This document shows positions 18,353 to 29,600 of a stretch of DNA of 64,000 nucleotides, one piece after another. The notes beneath the pieces are model-generated. The model was not told the DNA's origin, searched no databases, and saw only the letters and a list, made by a program, of their open reading frames with translations. Each line of letters starts with the position of its first letter. Position 1 is the stretch's first letter. The position numbers and the translations under genes are program-made. Origin of the DNA: a virus; IMG/VR virus record IMGVR_UViG_3300022752_004319, positions 67,754 through 131,753 of that record; one strand, 5' to 3'.

Positions 18353-19102
18353 ATGGATGAAAATTTGATGAAATACGGTCAAGAGAATTTTTCTCTACCG
18401 CACGATGTTGTAAAGTTACCTAGTGGAGGTAAGTTTTACCCAAATAAGAAAAAATCAGTGAAAGTAGGTTATTTGACCGCTAATGATGAAAATTTATTGA
18501 TGGCTTCTAATTCAGATGATCTGATCATTAATCTTTTGAGATCCAAAGTATACGAACCAGATCTAAGACCAGATGAAATGATTAATGGAGATCTAGAAGC
18601 TATTCTTATATTTCTGAGAAACACATCATTTGGACACGAATACAATATTAGTGTAAATGATCCAACCACAGGTAAACCTTTCAAAGCTGTGATTGGGTTA
18701 GACGAACTCGAGTTTAGAAAACCAAACATAGAGCCAGATGATAACGGAACTTGGACTGTTACACTACCAAAGTCACAAACATCTGTTACCATACGTCCAT
18801 TGTTGTATAAAGAAATTACAGAAATTAATCGTCAAGCTGATTCTTATCCACAAGGACGAGTTGCTCCAAAAGTCACTTGGAGATTACAAAAACAAATTGT
18901 TTCAATCAATGGTGACAGCCAGAATCAAACAATTGCTAAGTTCATAGACACACTTCCAATTATGGATTCCAAGTTTATCAGGAATTTCTTGGATGAGAAT
19001 GAACCAAAGATTGATCTAAAAAGAACAATTACAGCCCCGTCAGGAAGTAAGGTCGATGTAGAAGTCACCTTTGGGGTGGAATTTTTTCGTGTATTCTTCT
19101 GA
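18353..19102 (+). CDS. Tail assembly chaperone / baseplate hub assembly protein (T4 gp26-like)
   Basis: VKLPSGG..YLTANDENLL, GDLEAILIFLR, second LPKS repeat, GVEFF end; between tube and tape measure. Confidence 0.75.
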   Translation: MDENLMKYGQENFSLPHDVVKLPSGGKFYPNKKKSVKVGYLTANDENLLMASNSDDLIINLLRSKVYEPDLRPDEMINGDLEAILIFLRNTSFGHEYNISVNDPTTGKPFKAVIGLDELEFRKPNIEPDDNGTWTVTLPKSQTSVTIRPLLYKEITEINRQADSYPQGRVAPKVTWRLQKQIVSINGDSQNQTIAKFIDTLPIMDSKFIRNFLDENEPKIDLKRTITAPSGSKVDVEVTFGVEFFRVFF

Positions 19103-19229
19103 TTATAGAGCGTACCAAGTTGACGAGTTCTTTCTTCTGAATCAAAGATGTAATGTATCTTATTCAGATTATTTGAAAATGCCAATTTTTTGGAGAAAAA
19201 GATTATTGGATAAAATTTCCAATTTGTAA
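19089..19229 (+). CDS. Short gp51-like chaperone extension in the +1 frame (46 aa), probably made by frameshift
   Basis: Manual translation VYSSDYRAYQVDEFFLLNQRCNVSYSDYLKMPIFWRKRLLDKISNL; no ATG at its 5' end; overlaps TTT TTT CGT of the upstream gene. Confidence 0.65.
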   Translation: MYSSDYRAYQVDEFFLLNQRCNVSYSDYLKMPIFWRKRLLDKISNL

Positions 19230-19266
19230 AAACTTTAAATTTTGATATTTACTATAAAAAAATATT

Positions 19267-21420
19267 ATGGCGGACGCTGACTTAGGCCCACAATCAATTT
19301 CTGATTATTTTAAGAGTGTAAAAGACCAAATAACCAGAGGACTGGAAGGGTTGGAAGAAGATATAATAAAAGCATCAAGTAACTTAATGCTTGAAGTTGT
19401 GTCGTACAATACTCAATTAGCAGGATCCTTTGGTAGAACACAAGCCGCAGTAATTGGTTTAAGAAAAGAATTTGTAAGTGCCGTACCAGCTATTGTCGCA
19501 TTAGGCGGCACGTCTCAAGATGTTTTTAACATTATAAAAGAAACATCAAAAAGTCTTGGAACAAATAGAATATTACTTTCTGAAACAACAACAGACTTAT
19601 TCACGGCGGGTAAAGCTTTAGGTCTCTCCTCAGAAAGTATGGGGGCTGTTGTTTTAGATTTTGAGAACGCTGGTATACAAACAGGATTAATCAGAGATAG
19701 AATGCAACAAACAGCGAACATAGCTCGAGTTGTTGCGGCAAACTCAAATGCCGTGTTTTCACAAGTACAACAAAACTTAGGTGCACTCAACAAGTATGGA
19801 TTTAAAGATGGGGTTGAAGGATTATCTAGAATGGCAGCAAAAGCAGTATCATTAAGAACTAATATGTATGAAATCTTTGATTTTGCTGAAAGAGTATTTT
19901 CACCAGAAGGTGCTATAGAGGCTGTAGCTGGATTTCAGAGAATGGGAGTTGCCGTAGGTGATTTAGCAGATCCTTTTAGATTGTTATATTTGGCACAGGA
20001 AGATGTGGAAGGGTTATATGATGGTATTCTCAAAGCGACAGAAAAATTTTCATATTTAGACGAGAAAACTGGTGAAGTAAAAATACTATCCAACGCCAAA
20101 AGAGATTTAAGAGACATAGCGCAAGTAGCTGGTATTAGCCAAGATACTCTTACAAAAAATGTATTAGCGATGGGTAAAATGAACAAATTTGCTTCAGAAT
20201 TTAAGTTCATGAATGTAACAGAAGAAGACAAATTGATGATTTCAAATTTAGCCGAATTTGATAAGACAAGTAAAGAATACAAAGTAAAAGTTGGAACTGA
20301 AACAAAACTTATATCTCAACTAAGTAGGGAAGACATTGAATATCTAAGAGGAAGACCTGAAACTGTTGAAGAAATTGCTCAAGCTCAATTAACAGAAGAT
20401 GAATTGATCAGAGCAAATACGGATTCAATCGTAAAGATGTTGGGCGGAATATCAGCGGGATCAAAACCAATGGGTGATATCCAACAACTTATCAGGGCTG
20501 GTATTGAAGGTACTAATATTGGTGTTGTAAGGGGTGGTCGAAGACTAAAACCAGCAATTGAAAGAGTTGACGAAGGATATGCTAAACTACCAAAATTATT
20601 CAAAGAAATTGCTGATGATTTTAAAAGTGGAAATGTTGACGTAGAAAAATGGTGGAAAAAAATAACTACAGCGTCCACAGAGTACGCTGAGGAACTCAAA
20701 AAACTAGGAAAAGAAATTCAAGGTTTCGATCTACTAGGTGAAATGAAAAAAAGAATTAGTAAGGATAATTTATTTGCTCAAGGTGGTGGTGTTTTATTAG
20801 ACTTCACAAACCAAAGTATAAGTAATCTAAAAACAAATTTTCTCGATCCATTAAAAGAAAGTATTTCAGAAACTCAAAAAAATTTAAATAATTTTAACAC
20901 CACTAATCAGACTGGTAATGGTAATTTAGCAACAAACACAGAACTAGCAACCAAAAATTTATATGATTTCCAAGCTATTTTAAGTCAAATTAACGATAAT
21001 TTCAAAAATTTTAAATTTGAAAAAACAGCAAGTCGAGATATACCAAACCCTCAAGTAAGTTTAGCACAACTAGCAAACACTATATCACAATTAAATGGAG
21101 AAATAAATTTATTAACAACGACACAAAGTAACGAACTTAGACCAATGGTAAATAATGATCAAAAAATTGAAGTAGCAAGTATTGAACCGCCAGCATCAAA
21201 ACAATTACCAATACAACAAAATCCTACTATGTCGTTTTCTCCACTTAATGGAAAGATAGATGTTAGAGTTACACGCGAAGATGGTGGACCAAGTGTTGAT
21301 CTGACAAGTCAAGTTGTGGCAAGTGCGGTTTTTCAAAGAGAAGTTTTAAGACTTATCGATGGAAAAATACAACAACCAAATTATTCAGATATAGCCAATT
21401 CAACAAGTACTTCAAGTTAG
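19267..21420 (+). CDS. Probable tape measure protein
   Basis: Helical Ala/Gly/Gln-rich 717 aa ORF directly after tube and chaperone. Confidence 0.7.
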   Translation: MADADLGPQSISDYFKSVKDQITRGLEGLEEDIIKASSNLMLEVVSYNTQLAGSFGRTQAAVIGLRKEFVSAVPAIVALGGTSQDVFNIIKETSKSLGTNRILLSETTTDLFTAGKALGLSSESMGAVVLDFENAGIQTGLIRDRMQQTANIARVVAANSNAVFSQVQQNLGALNKYGFKDGVEGLSRMAAKAVSLRTNMYEIFDFAERVFSPEGAIEAVAGFQRMGVAVGDLADPFRLLYLAQEDVEGLYDGILKATEKFSYLDEKTGEVKILSNAKRDLRDIAQVAGISQDTLTKNVLAMGKMNKFASEFKFMNVTEEDKLMISNLAEFDKTSKEYKVKVGTETKLISQLSREDIEYLRGRPETVEEIAQAQLTEDELIRANTDSIVKMLGGISAGSKPMGDIQQLIRAGIEGTNIGVVRGGRRLKPAIERVDEGYAKLPKLFKEIADDFKSGNVDVEKWWKKITTASTEYAEELKKLGKEIQGFDLLGEMKKRISKDNLFAQGGGVLLDFTNQSISNLKTNFLDPLKESISETQKNLNNFNTTNQTGNGNLATNTELATKNLYDFQAILSQINDNFKNFKFEKTASRDIPNPQVSLAQLANTISQLNGEINLLTTTQSNELRPMVNNDQKIEVASIEPPASKQLPIQQNPTMSFSPLNGKIDVRVTREDGGPSVDLTSQVVASAVFQREVLRLIDGKIQQPNYSDIANSTSTSS

Positions 21421-21458
21421 AAAAAAAACAAGGGTAAGTATTTATTGGTGTAGATTAT

Positions 21459-24400
21459 ATGCCATCCCAACTAACTTTTGCCGCAACATCAGCTATTCGT
21501 AATAGTTTAATAGGTCGTAACCTGAAACCGTATATCAAACCTGGTGCGTTTGTGTATTCGGTATCTAACCTACCAAATCAATACGAACCAAGTCAATATT
21601 CAGTAATTGATTCACCAGATCAACTCATAGATCTAGCCCCATTTGCAGATGGTTTATATTTAAACAATGAATTTGGTCCAGAGGGCGGTTTTAAAAAAGA
21701 TATTTCAGGATTAATTAGTGTTTCACAAAACCCAACAAATAGAGGACCATATGGACCGTTCCCCCCATATACTGACGCACTTAAATTATTTTCCACAACA
21801 TTCCAAAAGAAAGGACAGATCAAAAATGAATATTCACCAAGAGATGGTTTCATAAGATATTATGATATCGGTGATATTGTTAAAGTACAAAAAAATGCAA
21901 CGTATTGGGATCCCCCTAGTTTTAGACCTTCATCGTATTCGCCATTTAGTGTCTTATTACAAGAAATCCCAACAGGTTCAAATGGTAATGTACTTCAAGA
22001 TTCAGAATTAGCACAACTTGGTGTTGAGTTTCTTAAAAAAGCATACCAACAAAGAATAGACCAGAACGTTCGAACAGAAACGTTAGGTCGCGTTAATATT
22101 TTAAATGGTTTACAAGATCCAATTAACTTATCATTAATTGTTGCTGGTAAAAGACCCCTTATCTTCAGAGATTATAAAATCACCTCTGGAGGTGGTAATA
22201 TTTTATCACAAGGACAAGATATTGTTCAAAGAATAGCTGGGTTCACATTTCCATTTTCACCAATACCTGGAGATTATTTTACTGTTGATAACGAACAACG
22301 AACGATTAATTCAACACAATCATTAGCAAGATCTAGTGAAGGTGGAAGAAGAGGGGGTGTATTTGGATTATTTGGAAGTCGACCAACATCACCTTCACAA
22401 TTATTTTTAGATTATACTGGTGAAGGACAAAGAGCACAATTAACCAATAATTTAGATTATAATAGATATAGACCTAGATATAATACTGGAGGACGTGGGG
22501 TTATATCTGTACTTGGAGAGGCAATATTTGGTTCACAAGTACAGGACTTGGGCCAAGGATTATATTATGTTGGATCTCCAGACAGAGAACCGATTTACCT
22601 TAATTCACCACCGGGTTTAGTACCAATTAACGAATTTGGTGAAGAAATTTTAGCTCCAGTATATGGATCACAAGTTTTAGGTAAAGAATATGAGGGACAA
22701 GAACTTTCCGAAAGGTTAAACTTTGGTTTTGTAGGCACAACATACCAAAGTCAGGGTGATATAAGTGGGGGTTTAAGTTGGACTAATACCAAGGATTCAC
22801 CTAATGCGGGCAAAAGAGTAAGACCTAATGGCTCTGCAGGATCACAAGATCCAGATTTTTCAGCAATATCAGATCAATTTGGAAGTAGTGAATCTATCAA
22901 TTATAGATTTAAAGCGGGCTCAATTTTAGATGACACACAAAGACTTGTTGATTCAATGCCACTTGACGGTCGTAGGTATTCACATGTCGGAAATGCAATC
23001 AATCAAATTAGTAAAATTTTTGATGATGGTTATAAACAAATAACTAAAGGATCACGAGTTATAGGTTTTACCCCAAACCAACTCAACACCCCACTTGAAT
23101 ATTGTAGAGTGTTTACCAAAGATACACCTTACATTTCATATACCGATTTACAGAAATCAGATGGTAATATTAGAAAAGCATCGTATTCAATCCTTGACAA
23201 AACATATCAACTTAATATTGCACCAGAAAAAGGTGGAGATTCAATATTACGTGGAGAAGGTGGTGTGAAAAAATATATGTTCTCTATTGAGAACTTAGCG
23301 TGGAGAACATCATCTAGACCAGGTTTAAGATATCAAGATTTACCAAAATGTGAACAAGGTCCAAATGGTGGTAGAATTATGTGGTTTCCACCTTATGATT
23401 TGGACTTCAGTGAGGATACAAGACCTTCATTTAATGAAACTACTTTCTTGGGAAGACCAGAACCAATTTATACTTATAAAAACACAAGTAGATCTGGAAC
23501 GTTAAAATGGAAGATCCTTGTGGATCATCCCTCAGTTTTAAATCTAGTTGCTCAAAAAGTATTAGCAAACGAAGGGTCGAGGGGGGTGGCAGACCAAGTA
23601 ATCAATTCATTTTTCGCTGGTTGTAAAAAATATGATCTTTATGAATTGGCAGAAAAATTTAATAATGTCCCACTGTCAGACCTTCAAGCTTATCAAGAAT
23701 TAGTCAATAATCCAAATGTAACACCAGAACAATATTCAGATGCCCTGTCAAACATCAAACCAGATCCTGAAACAGTTTCAATTCAGACTACAACACCACC
23801 AACAACACCTTCATTTGATGAGTATGTAAACTTTGGTTTTTATTTTGACAATGACATACCTAAACAATCACAACAAGATTTCCAACCATTGTACAATACA
23901 TACGTTTCACAAAACAATAAAGAATTATACCGAACAAACACAAAACCAACAACTGAAGTTCAACCTGTTCAAGAATTTTTTACCCAAGTTGTTGAAGGAA
24001 ATTATAATAAAATCAAAGAATTTTCTAAAAAATTATATGATTTATTATCCCAAGACGAAACAGCTATTGTAAAAATTACACTTTTTTCAGCCGCATCATC
24101 ACCAGGAAGTATACCATATAATTTATCATTGTCACAAAAACGCAATGAATCCGCATTGAAATTCTTTCAAAATTATTTAATTGACGGGAATAAAACATTG
24201 TCAGATTTTATTGGATCTAGAATTGTTATCAATGGGATCGCACAAGGAGAAACAACTGTTGTAAACCCAAAAAGTGGTGTGGGTGATAATGTTTGCTTAA
24301 ATAGCGTTGACTGCTCTCAAGTGTTGAATGGGTCTGCGAAAATTTACTCTGTAGCAGCAATGGCGTGCAGAGTATCAAATATACAAAGTATATCAGTTAC

Positions 24401-26378
24401 AACAACACCAATAAACCCAGAACCAGCAAATACTGGTTCAAATATTGTGTTGACACAAGACGGAAGACCGAACCAAACAAGACCAAGCAATAATAACAAT
24501 AATAATCAACCACAAGTACAAAAAGATTTGTACAAAGGAGCTTCAAAAAAATTATTGAGATTACTTTTGAATGAGTGTGATTATTTTGAAGTGTTAAAAG
24601 AAACTGACTTTTTTGCATACAACTCAATCAAAAATAAATTGAAATATTTTAGTCCGAGTTTTCATTCTATGACACCAGAAGGATTGAACTCGAGATTAAC
24701 CTTTCTACAACAATGTGCAAGACCAGGAGATACAATACCAACCATTGGGCCTGATGGACGACCAATATACAATGATGCGCTCAATACTTCATTTGGAGCA
24801 CCACCAGTTCTGGTTCTAAGAGTAGGTGATTTCTATAATACCAAAATAATACCAACATCTTTTAATATTACGTACGAAAAACTTTATGATATGAATCCTG
24901 AAGGTATTGGGTTTCAGCCTATGATAGCAAACGTGTCAATGGGATTTAATTTCATTGGGGGTTCAGGTCTTGCAAAACCAATCGAAACATTACAAAATGC
25001 CTTGTCATTTAATTACTATGCAAATACTGAGGTTTATGATGAAAGAGCTGAATCCACAGATACGTCTTTTAACGCTTTAGACCAAACAATTATAGAAAAA
25101 CTTCAAAATAGATTACCTACCGTTGGTATCTCTAATTTTGACCCACAACTACAAAATTTAGGTGGGGATACTATAGGGATACTCGTCCAAACAGGATCTA
25201 ACCTTTCAGGTATTACAGGTAATTTAGATTACACAAAATTTGTAGATCAATTCTTGACACTCACACAAAACTATTTTACAGCAACAATAATGTTTTTAGA
25301 TAATGTATTGAAAAAGTATGGGTATGGAATGCTTACACTATTAAACACCAAATATAATGGAAATTTGGGATATCACCAAGGTGTATTAATTGTAAATCCA
25401 GTTTATATTTATGGTAAACCTTTACTTTATCAATTAAATGTTGATAAAATATTCGAAATATTATCCGTTTATATTTTGAATGAAACTATTGAAATTTTCA
25501 CAGTAGTTTCACCTGATGGTACTATGTATAGTGCTGGACTTATGAGTAATCAATCGGTGACACAAACACAAAAAGATATATTCAAGGGAAATTATGAAAG
25601 ATTTATTCAAACATATAGAACAAATTTCATAAACGATTTAACAGATTTGGTATCACAATTGGTACAAATCGAACAAAATTATGTTTATGAAATCGATAAA
25701 ACAACCTTTCTTGGGAAGAATTTATCAGATGGAAAAATTAATTCAAAAGGAGCTCCTGTAGTTTATAATTTTGTTGGTGATCCGACACCACAAAATAGAC
25801 TTGTAAATGATTTACAATCTATATCAGCCGATCTAAACTATTTTTTAATTTCGTTATATGATGGAAGATTATACAACGATATGTATTTTCAATCCGATTT
25901 AGAAAAACCACTAAACGATCCATTTTCGTCTTTTGTCTATTACACACCAAATGAGTTGGGAGCTTCAAATGCCCTAAAAACTTCACCACAACAAGTGGAG
26001 TATTTACTACTTGCAAAAATATACACAAATCAAACAACACTACAACAATTCTTGAGAGATCTTTCAGAAGGGTTAGATCCATTTGTTAGAGATATTGTTT
26101 ATCGTTACTATGGAACTTTATTAAAAAACACTTATGATAGATTAAATACAAATTGTATAAATCTTTTAGATACATATAAACAAACATTTGGTAAAAATTT
26201 TGTAAATTTTACACCAACGTTTCAGTCCAACACTGGACCACAAATACAAAGAACAATAGATTTCCAAGAAAATTTTTCTCCGTCAGATGTTGTTAAAACA
26301 CAATTGACAAATTTATATTCACCGAATAATATTGACATAAATCCAAGTACCTTCAATCTTAAAAAGAAATTTAATTAA
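21459..26378 (+). CDS. Large baseplate/tube-initiator protein with internal OmpA-like domain
   Basis: MWFPPY..GRPEPIYTY and PPVLVLRVGDFYNTKII (tube-initiator-like); FYFDND..SAASSPG..YNLSLSQKR (OmpA-like). Confidence 0.6.
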   Translation: MPSQLTFAATSAIRNSLIGRNLKPYIKPGAFVYSVSNLPNQYEPSQYSVIDSPDQLIDLAPFADGLYLNNEFGPEGGFKKDISGLISVSQNPTNRGPYGPFPPYTDALKLFSTTFQKKGQIKNEYSPRDGFIRYYDIGDIVKVQKNATYWDPPSFRPSSYSPFSVLLQEIPTGSNGNVLQDSELAQLGVEFLKKAYQQRIDQNVRTETLGRVNILNGLQDPINLSLIVAGKRPLIFRDYKITSGGGNILSQGQDIVQRIAGFTFPFSPIPGDYFTVDNEQRTINSTQSLARSSEGGRRGGVFGLFGSRPTSPSQLFLDYTGEGQRAQLTNNLDYNRYRPRYNTGGRGVISVLGEAIFGSQVQDLGQGLYYVGSPDREPIYLNSPPGLVPINEFGEEILAPVYGSQVLGKEYEGQELSERLNFGFVGTTYQSQGDISGGLSWTNTKDSPNAGKRVRPNGSAGSQDPDFSAISDQFGSSESINYRFKAGSILDDTQRLVDSMPLDGRRYSHVGNAINQISKIFDDGYKQITKGSRVIGFTPNQLNTPLEYCRVFTKDTPYISYTDLQKSDGNIRKASYSILDKTYQLNIAPEKGGDSILRGEGGVKKYMFSIENLAWRTSSRPGLRYQDLPKCEQGPNGGRIMWFPPYDLDFSEDTRPSFNETTFLGRPEPIYTYKNTSRSGTLKWKILVDHPSVLNLVAQKVLANEGSRGVADQVINSFFAGCKKYDLYELAEKFNNVPLSDLQAYQELVNNPNVTPEQYSDALSNIKPDPETVSIQTTTPPTTPSFDEYVNFGFYFDNDIPKQSQQDFQPLYNTYVSQNNKELYRTNTKPTTEVQPVQEFFTQVVEGNYNKIKEFSKKLYDLLSQDETAIVKITLFSAASSPGSIPYNLSLSQKRNESALKFFQNYLIDGNKTLSDFIGSRIVINGIAQGETTVVNPKSGVGDNVCLNSVDCSQVLNGSAKIYSVAAMACRVSNIQSISVTTTPINPEPANTGSNIVLTQDGRPNQTRPSNNNNNNQPQVQKDLYKGASKKLLRLLLNECDYFEVLKETDFFAYNSIKNKLKYFSPSFHSMTPEGLNSRLTFLQQCARPGDTIPTIGPDGRPIYNDALNTSFGAPPVLVLRVGDFYNTKIIPTSFNITYEKLYDMNPEGIGFQPMIANVSMGFNFIGGSGLAKPIETLQNALSFNYYANTEVYDERAESTDTSFNALDQTIIEKLQNRLPTVGISNFDPQLQNLGGDTIGILVQTGSNLSGITGNLDYTKFVDQFLTLTQNYFTATIMFLDNVLKKYGYGMLTLLNTKYNGNLGYHQGVLIVNPVYIYGKPLLYQLNVDKIFEILSVYILNETIEIFTVVSPDGTMYSAGLMSNQSVTQTQKDIFKGNYERFIQTYRTNFINDLTDLVSQLVQIEQNYVYEIDKTTFLGKNLSDGKINSKGAPVVYNFVGDPTPQNRLVNDLQSISADLNYFLISLYDGRLYNDMYFQSDLEKPLNDPFSSFVYYTPNELGASNALKTSPQQVEYLLLAKIYTNQTTLQQFLRDLSEGLDPFVRDIVYRYYGTLLKNTYDRLNTNCINLLDTYKQTFGKNFVNFTPTFQSNTGPQIQRTIDFQENFSPSDVVKTQLTNLYSPNNIDINPSTFNLKKKFN

Positions 26379-26698
26379 TGGACCAATATTATAACCGCTA
26401 TGAACAATTCGTAATTAACGGACAACAGACAGTTGTTCCATTTGTTACTTTGCCGTCCAAAGGTACGGATCAGAGGTTCATCTATAAAACAGCAGTAAGT
26501 AGGTTAGATAAAGTATCACAACAATATTACAATACACCTTTTTTTGGGTGGTTAATACTCCAAGGAAACCCACAATACGGAGGTTTAGAATGGAATATAC
26601 CAGATAATTCAATTATACGAATTCCCTTTCCATTAATAACTTCGTTACAAGACTATCAAAACGCCTTGAATACTCACTTCTTTTATTATGGCAGATAA
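26378..26698 (+). CDS. LysM-like baseplate wedge protein (gp53-like)
   Basis: RLDKVSQQYY..WLILQGNP..IPDNSIIRIP. Confidence 0.75.
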   Translation: MDQYYNRYEQFVINGQQTVVPFVTLPSKGTDQRFIYKTAVSRLDKVSQQYYNTPFFGWLILQGNPQYGGLEWNIPDNSIIRIPFPLITSLQDYQNALNTHFFYYGR

Positions 26699-29600
26699 TT
26701 TTCCCAAAACTAATGAAGATGTTTTTGTTATAAAAGATGTCGATAATATTATAATTGTTGACCCAAACAAAACAATATCTAAGGATGGTATTGTGAGTGA
26801 ACGAGGGATCAATCAAGAAAACTTTGTTATGTACGCTAACTTAGAAGCTCAAATGCTACCAAGAACTAAGTTAATACAAGGACAAGATCTAGAAAATACA
26901 GTACAAACTCAAACCCTAGCCTCAATAAATTTCTTGAGACCGGGAGGAAGAACTTTTTTAGATAACACATATACAGATCAATTTACAGGACAGGACACAT
27001 TAATTGGAAAAGGAATCAATCAACCGAGTGTTGATCAATTGAGTAAACCTAATAAAACTGATGAATTTTATTCCAAACAAAATACTCAAAACTCACAAGA
27101 CACTGGACTTTTGGGTATTGAATCAATAGGGATAAAAAATACAAGGTCTTTCACACCAGTAGTTGATATGGTTCTCATAGATACTATGGGACGTGCCCTT
27201 TTTGAAAAGGGAGATAAATCAGAATACGCTTTCTTTTTTAATCTACCGTATCCCACCTTTTATTTAACAATCAAAGGTTATTATGGTAAAGCAATAAAGT
27301 ATCAACTTATTCTTTCAAAGTTTTCAGCGGCATTCGAAGCGGCAACTGGAAACTATAGAATAACGTTACAATTCTATTCGTACAAGTATACAATATTAGC
27401 TGAAACACAAATTGGTGCTTTATTTGCCACACCCTTCATGTATACGAATGATTTTAAAATCACTCAAGAAATACCTCCGGGATCTGCTGCGGCTCAAACT
27501 TCTGTTGGAGATGATAAAACAACCGTAAGAGAAGTAAGAACTACAAGAGGTAGACAATTTATTTCGGATGTTTATAAAAAATATAAAGCCCTTGGTTTGA
27601 TTGATGAAAATTTTCCAGAAATTACTTTTCCTGAATTAAGAGCACAACTCCAAGCTCTACAAAAAAATTTAGAAACTACCTTTGGCCAAACAGATTTTTC
27701 ACCATTAACGGACTGCGAGGATTATTTTGCAATACTAGATGAATATAGAAATTCAATTACAGATACCACAAATCCTTCTAGTTGGATTAGTAAATCAATA
27801 GATCCCAACAAAGTATTTTATTTGAAATCAACAGACAATAGTAAACCTACCAAGGCTTATATTTTTAACCAAGCTCTTAGATCTAATAACCAGTTAGCTG
27901 AAAATGCACTTGGAAGTTTACAAAAAACGGTAACTGATTTCGAAACTCCATTGTTAAAAAATAAAACTTTGGGTTTGGATGGAAAATATAAAATTGGAAA
28001 TAATGCTCCGACACCGAGTGAAATTAAAAAAATACAAGAAATTGATGCTAGTAAGAGTAATGACTTGGCTATTGTAAAATCAAACAGTTTTGTTAAACCT
28101 ATTACACCTGACGGAGTTGATTGGGCATTGACATTCGAGTTAAGAAACAAACGTAAACCAGTTAACGAGGCTGAGGTCACTTCGTTACAAGCCGATGAAC
28201 AACAATTTTTTTATACAATATTGTCGGAACTGGATGAAGAGGTGGCCTACCCAACCTATGTTTTTGTTTTTGATGGTCCAGGTCAATTTGAGGATATAAT
28301 TGATAAATCCCTTGAAGAATTAGATCAGAAAAAAACAGAGATTGTTGAAAAAATGAGTGAATTTTTATCCAAAAAAATAGAAGGCCCTAATGGTCTAGGC
28401 TTCAAACCAACGATGAGAAATATAATGGCTATTATTTTTGCATCCACTGAGGCTTTTTATCGATTACTTAATTTGGTACATAGAGACGCGTGGGCGGTAA
28501 GAAACAATAGTATAAGACAACTAGCGTGTTATGGGGATGATAAAGACTCTCCAGACATCAAACAAAATATTAGAGATATTAACCAAAACGGACAAATTAA
28601 TCAAGAGGTTTATCCTTGGCCCTTATACTTGAAACCAGAAATTGACGAAAACAAAATTCAACGATACGTAGCAATGTATCCCGGGGAACAATCAGAAATA
28701 TCTAAAACTCGAGCGTCGGATTACCAAATTTGGCCAGAAGTACAATTTGTTGAAGAATACATTAGAGGCCTTACCAAAAGTCAAAGTATAAGTCAACAAT
28801 CAGGTAACCCAGCAGAAAACGATGTTGGTCGACTTGTAAACAGAATTACTGTTAATGCTGTAGATTTCCCAACAACAAATAAAATTTTTGCAGATCTACA
28901 AGATGTTAAATTTCTTTATGAAATTTATGAAAGAGTGTATCTTCAAACTTACTGGGATCGATTATCCAGACCCACAGCACAGAATTCTGAAGTCATGACT
29001 AGCCTTTCTGAAATGGAAGTTATCAATATAAGAAAAGCTCTAAATACTTTTGGAAATCCTAGTTTGATCAAGTTACTTAAAAATACTGCGTTCAGGGCCT
29101 CCAATTATTTACAAGTACTTCGTAATATTTCAAACGAAGGTGTGGGTATTTCTTGGCAACAATTTATACGTGGTATATTCACTTCTGATTATTTAAGAGT
29201 TGAAACTCAAAAAGATTTTTCAATTTTCCCGTCAACCACAATAAGTTCTGGGTTTCAATTTTCAGATATAGATACTTCCGTATTAAGTAAAGTATCAGAA
29301 TATGTAAAAAATAGTTCATCATCATCCATTGATTTTTTAGACTTATATCCTTTTATAGATCCAATTTGGGTAAATTATAATTTGTCTAATATAACCCAAC
29401 GACCAATAGGTTATAATAGTACAACTAAAAGTTTGTTTTTGAATCAAAGTTTGAACTTCATTACTAATTTTGAAAAGACAGCAAATGTAGAACTGGATAT
29501 TAATAGACCACTTGTTAATAATTCATACAAAAAATACACTCAACCTGAAATAGAACTTATATCAAATATTCAACAAACAGGCGCAAACACTCCAATTGGG

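Noticed and set aside
19100-19108. Stop-codon readthrough of the chaperone TGA
   Set aside because: An in-frame TAG follows two codons later; the plausible extension is in the +1 frame
11723-26698. Bacterial contractile injection system or tailocin rather than phage
   Set aside because: Interleaved phage-type replication genes, intein, free-standing endonuclease and no host housekeeping context indicate a phage genome
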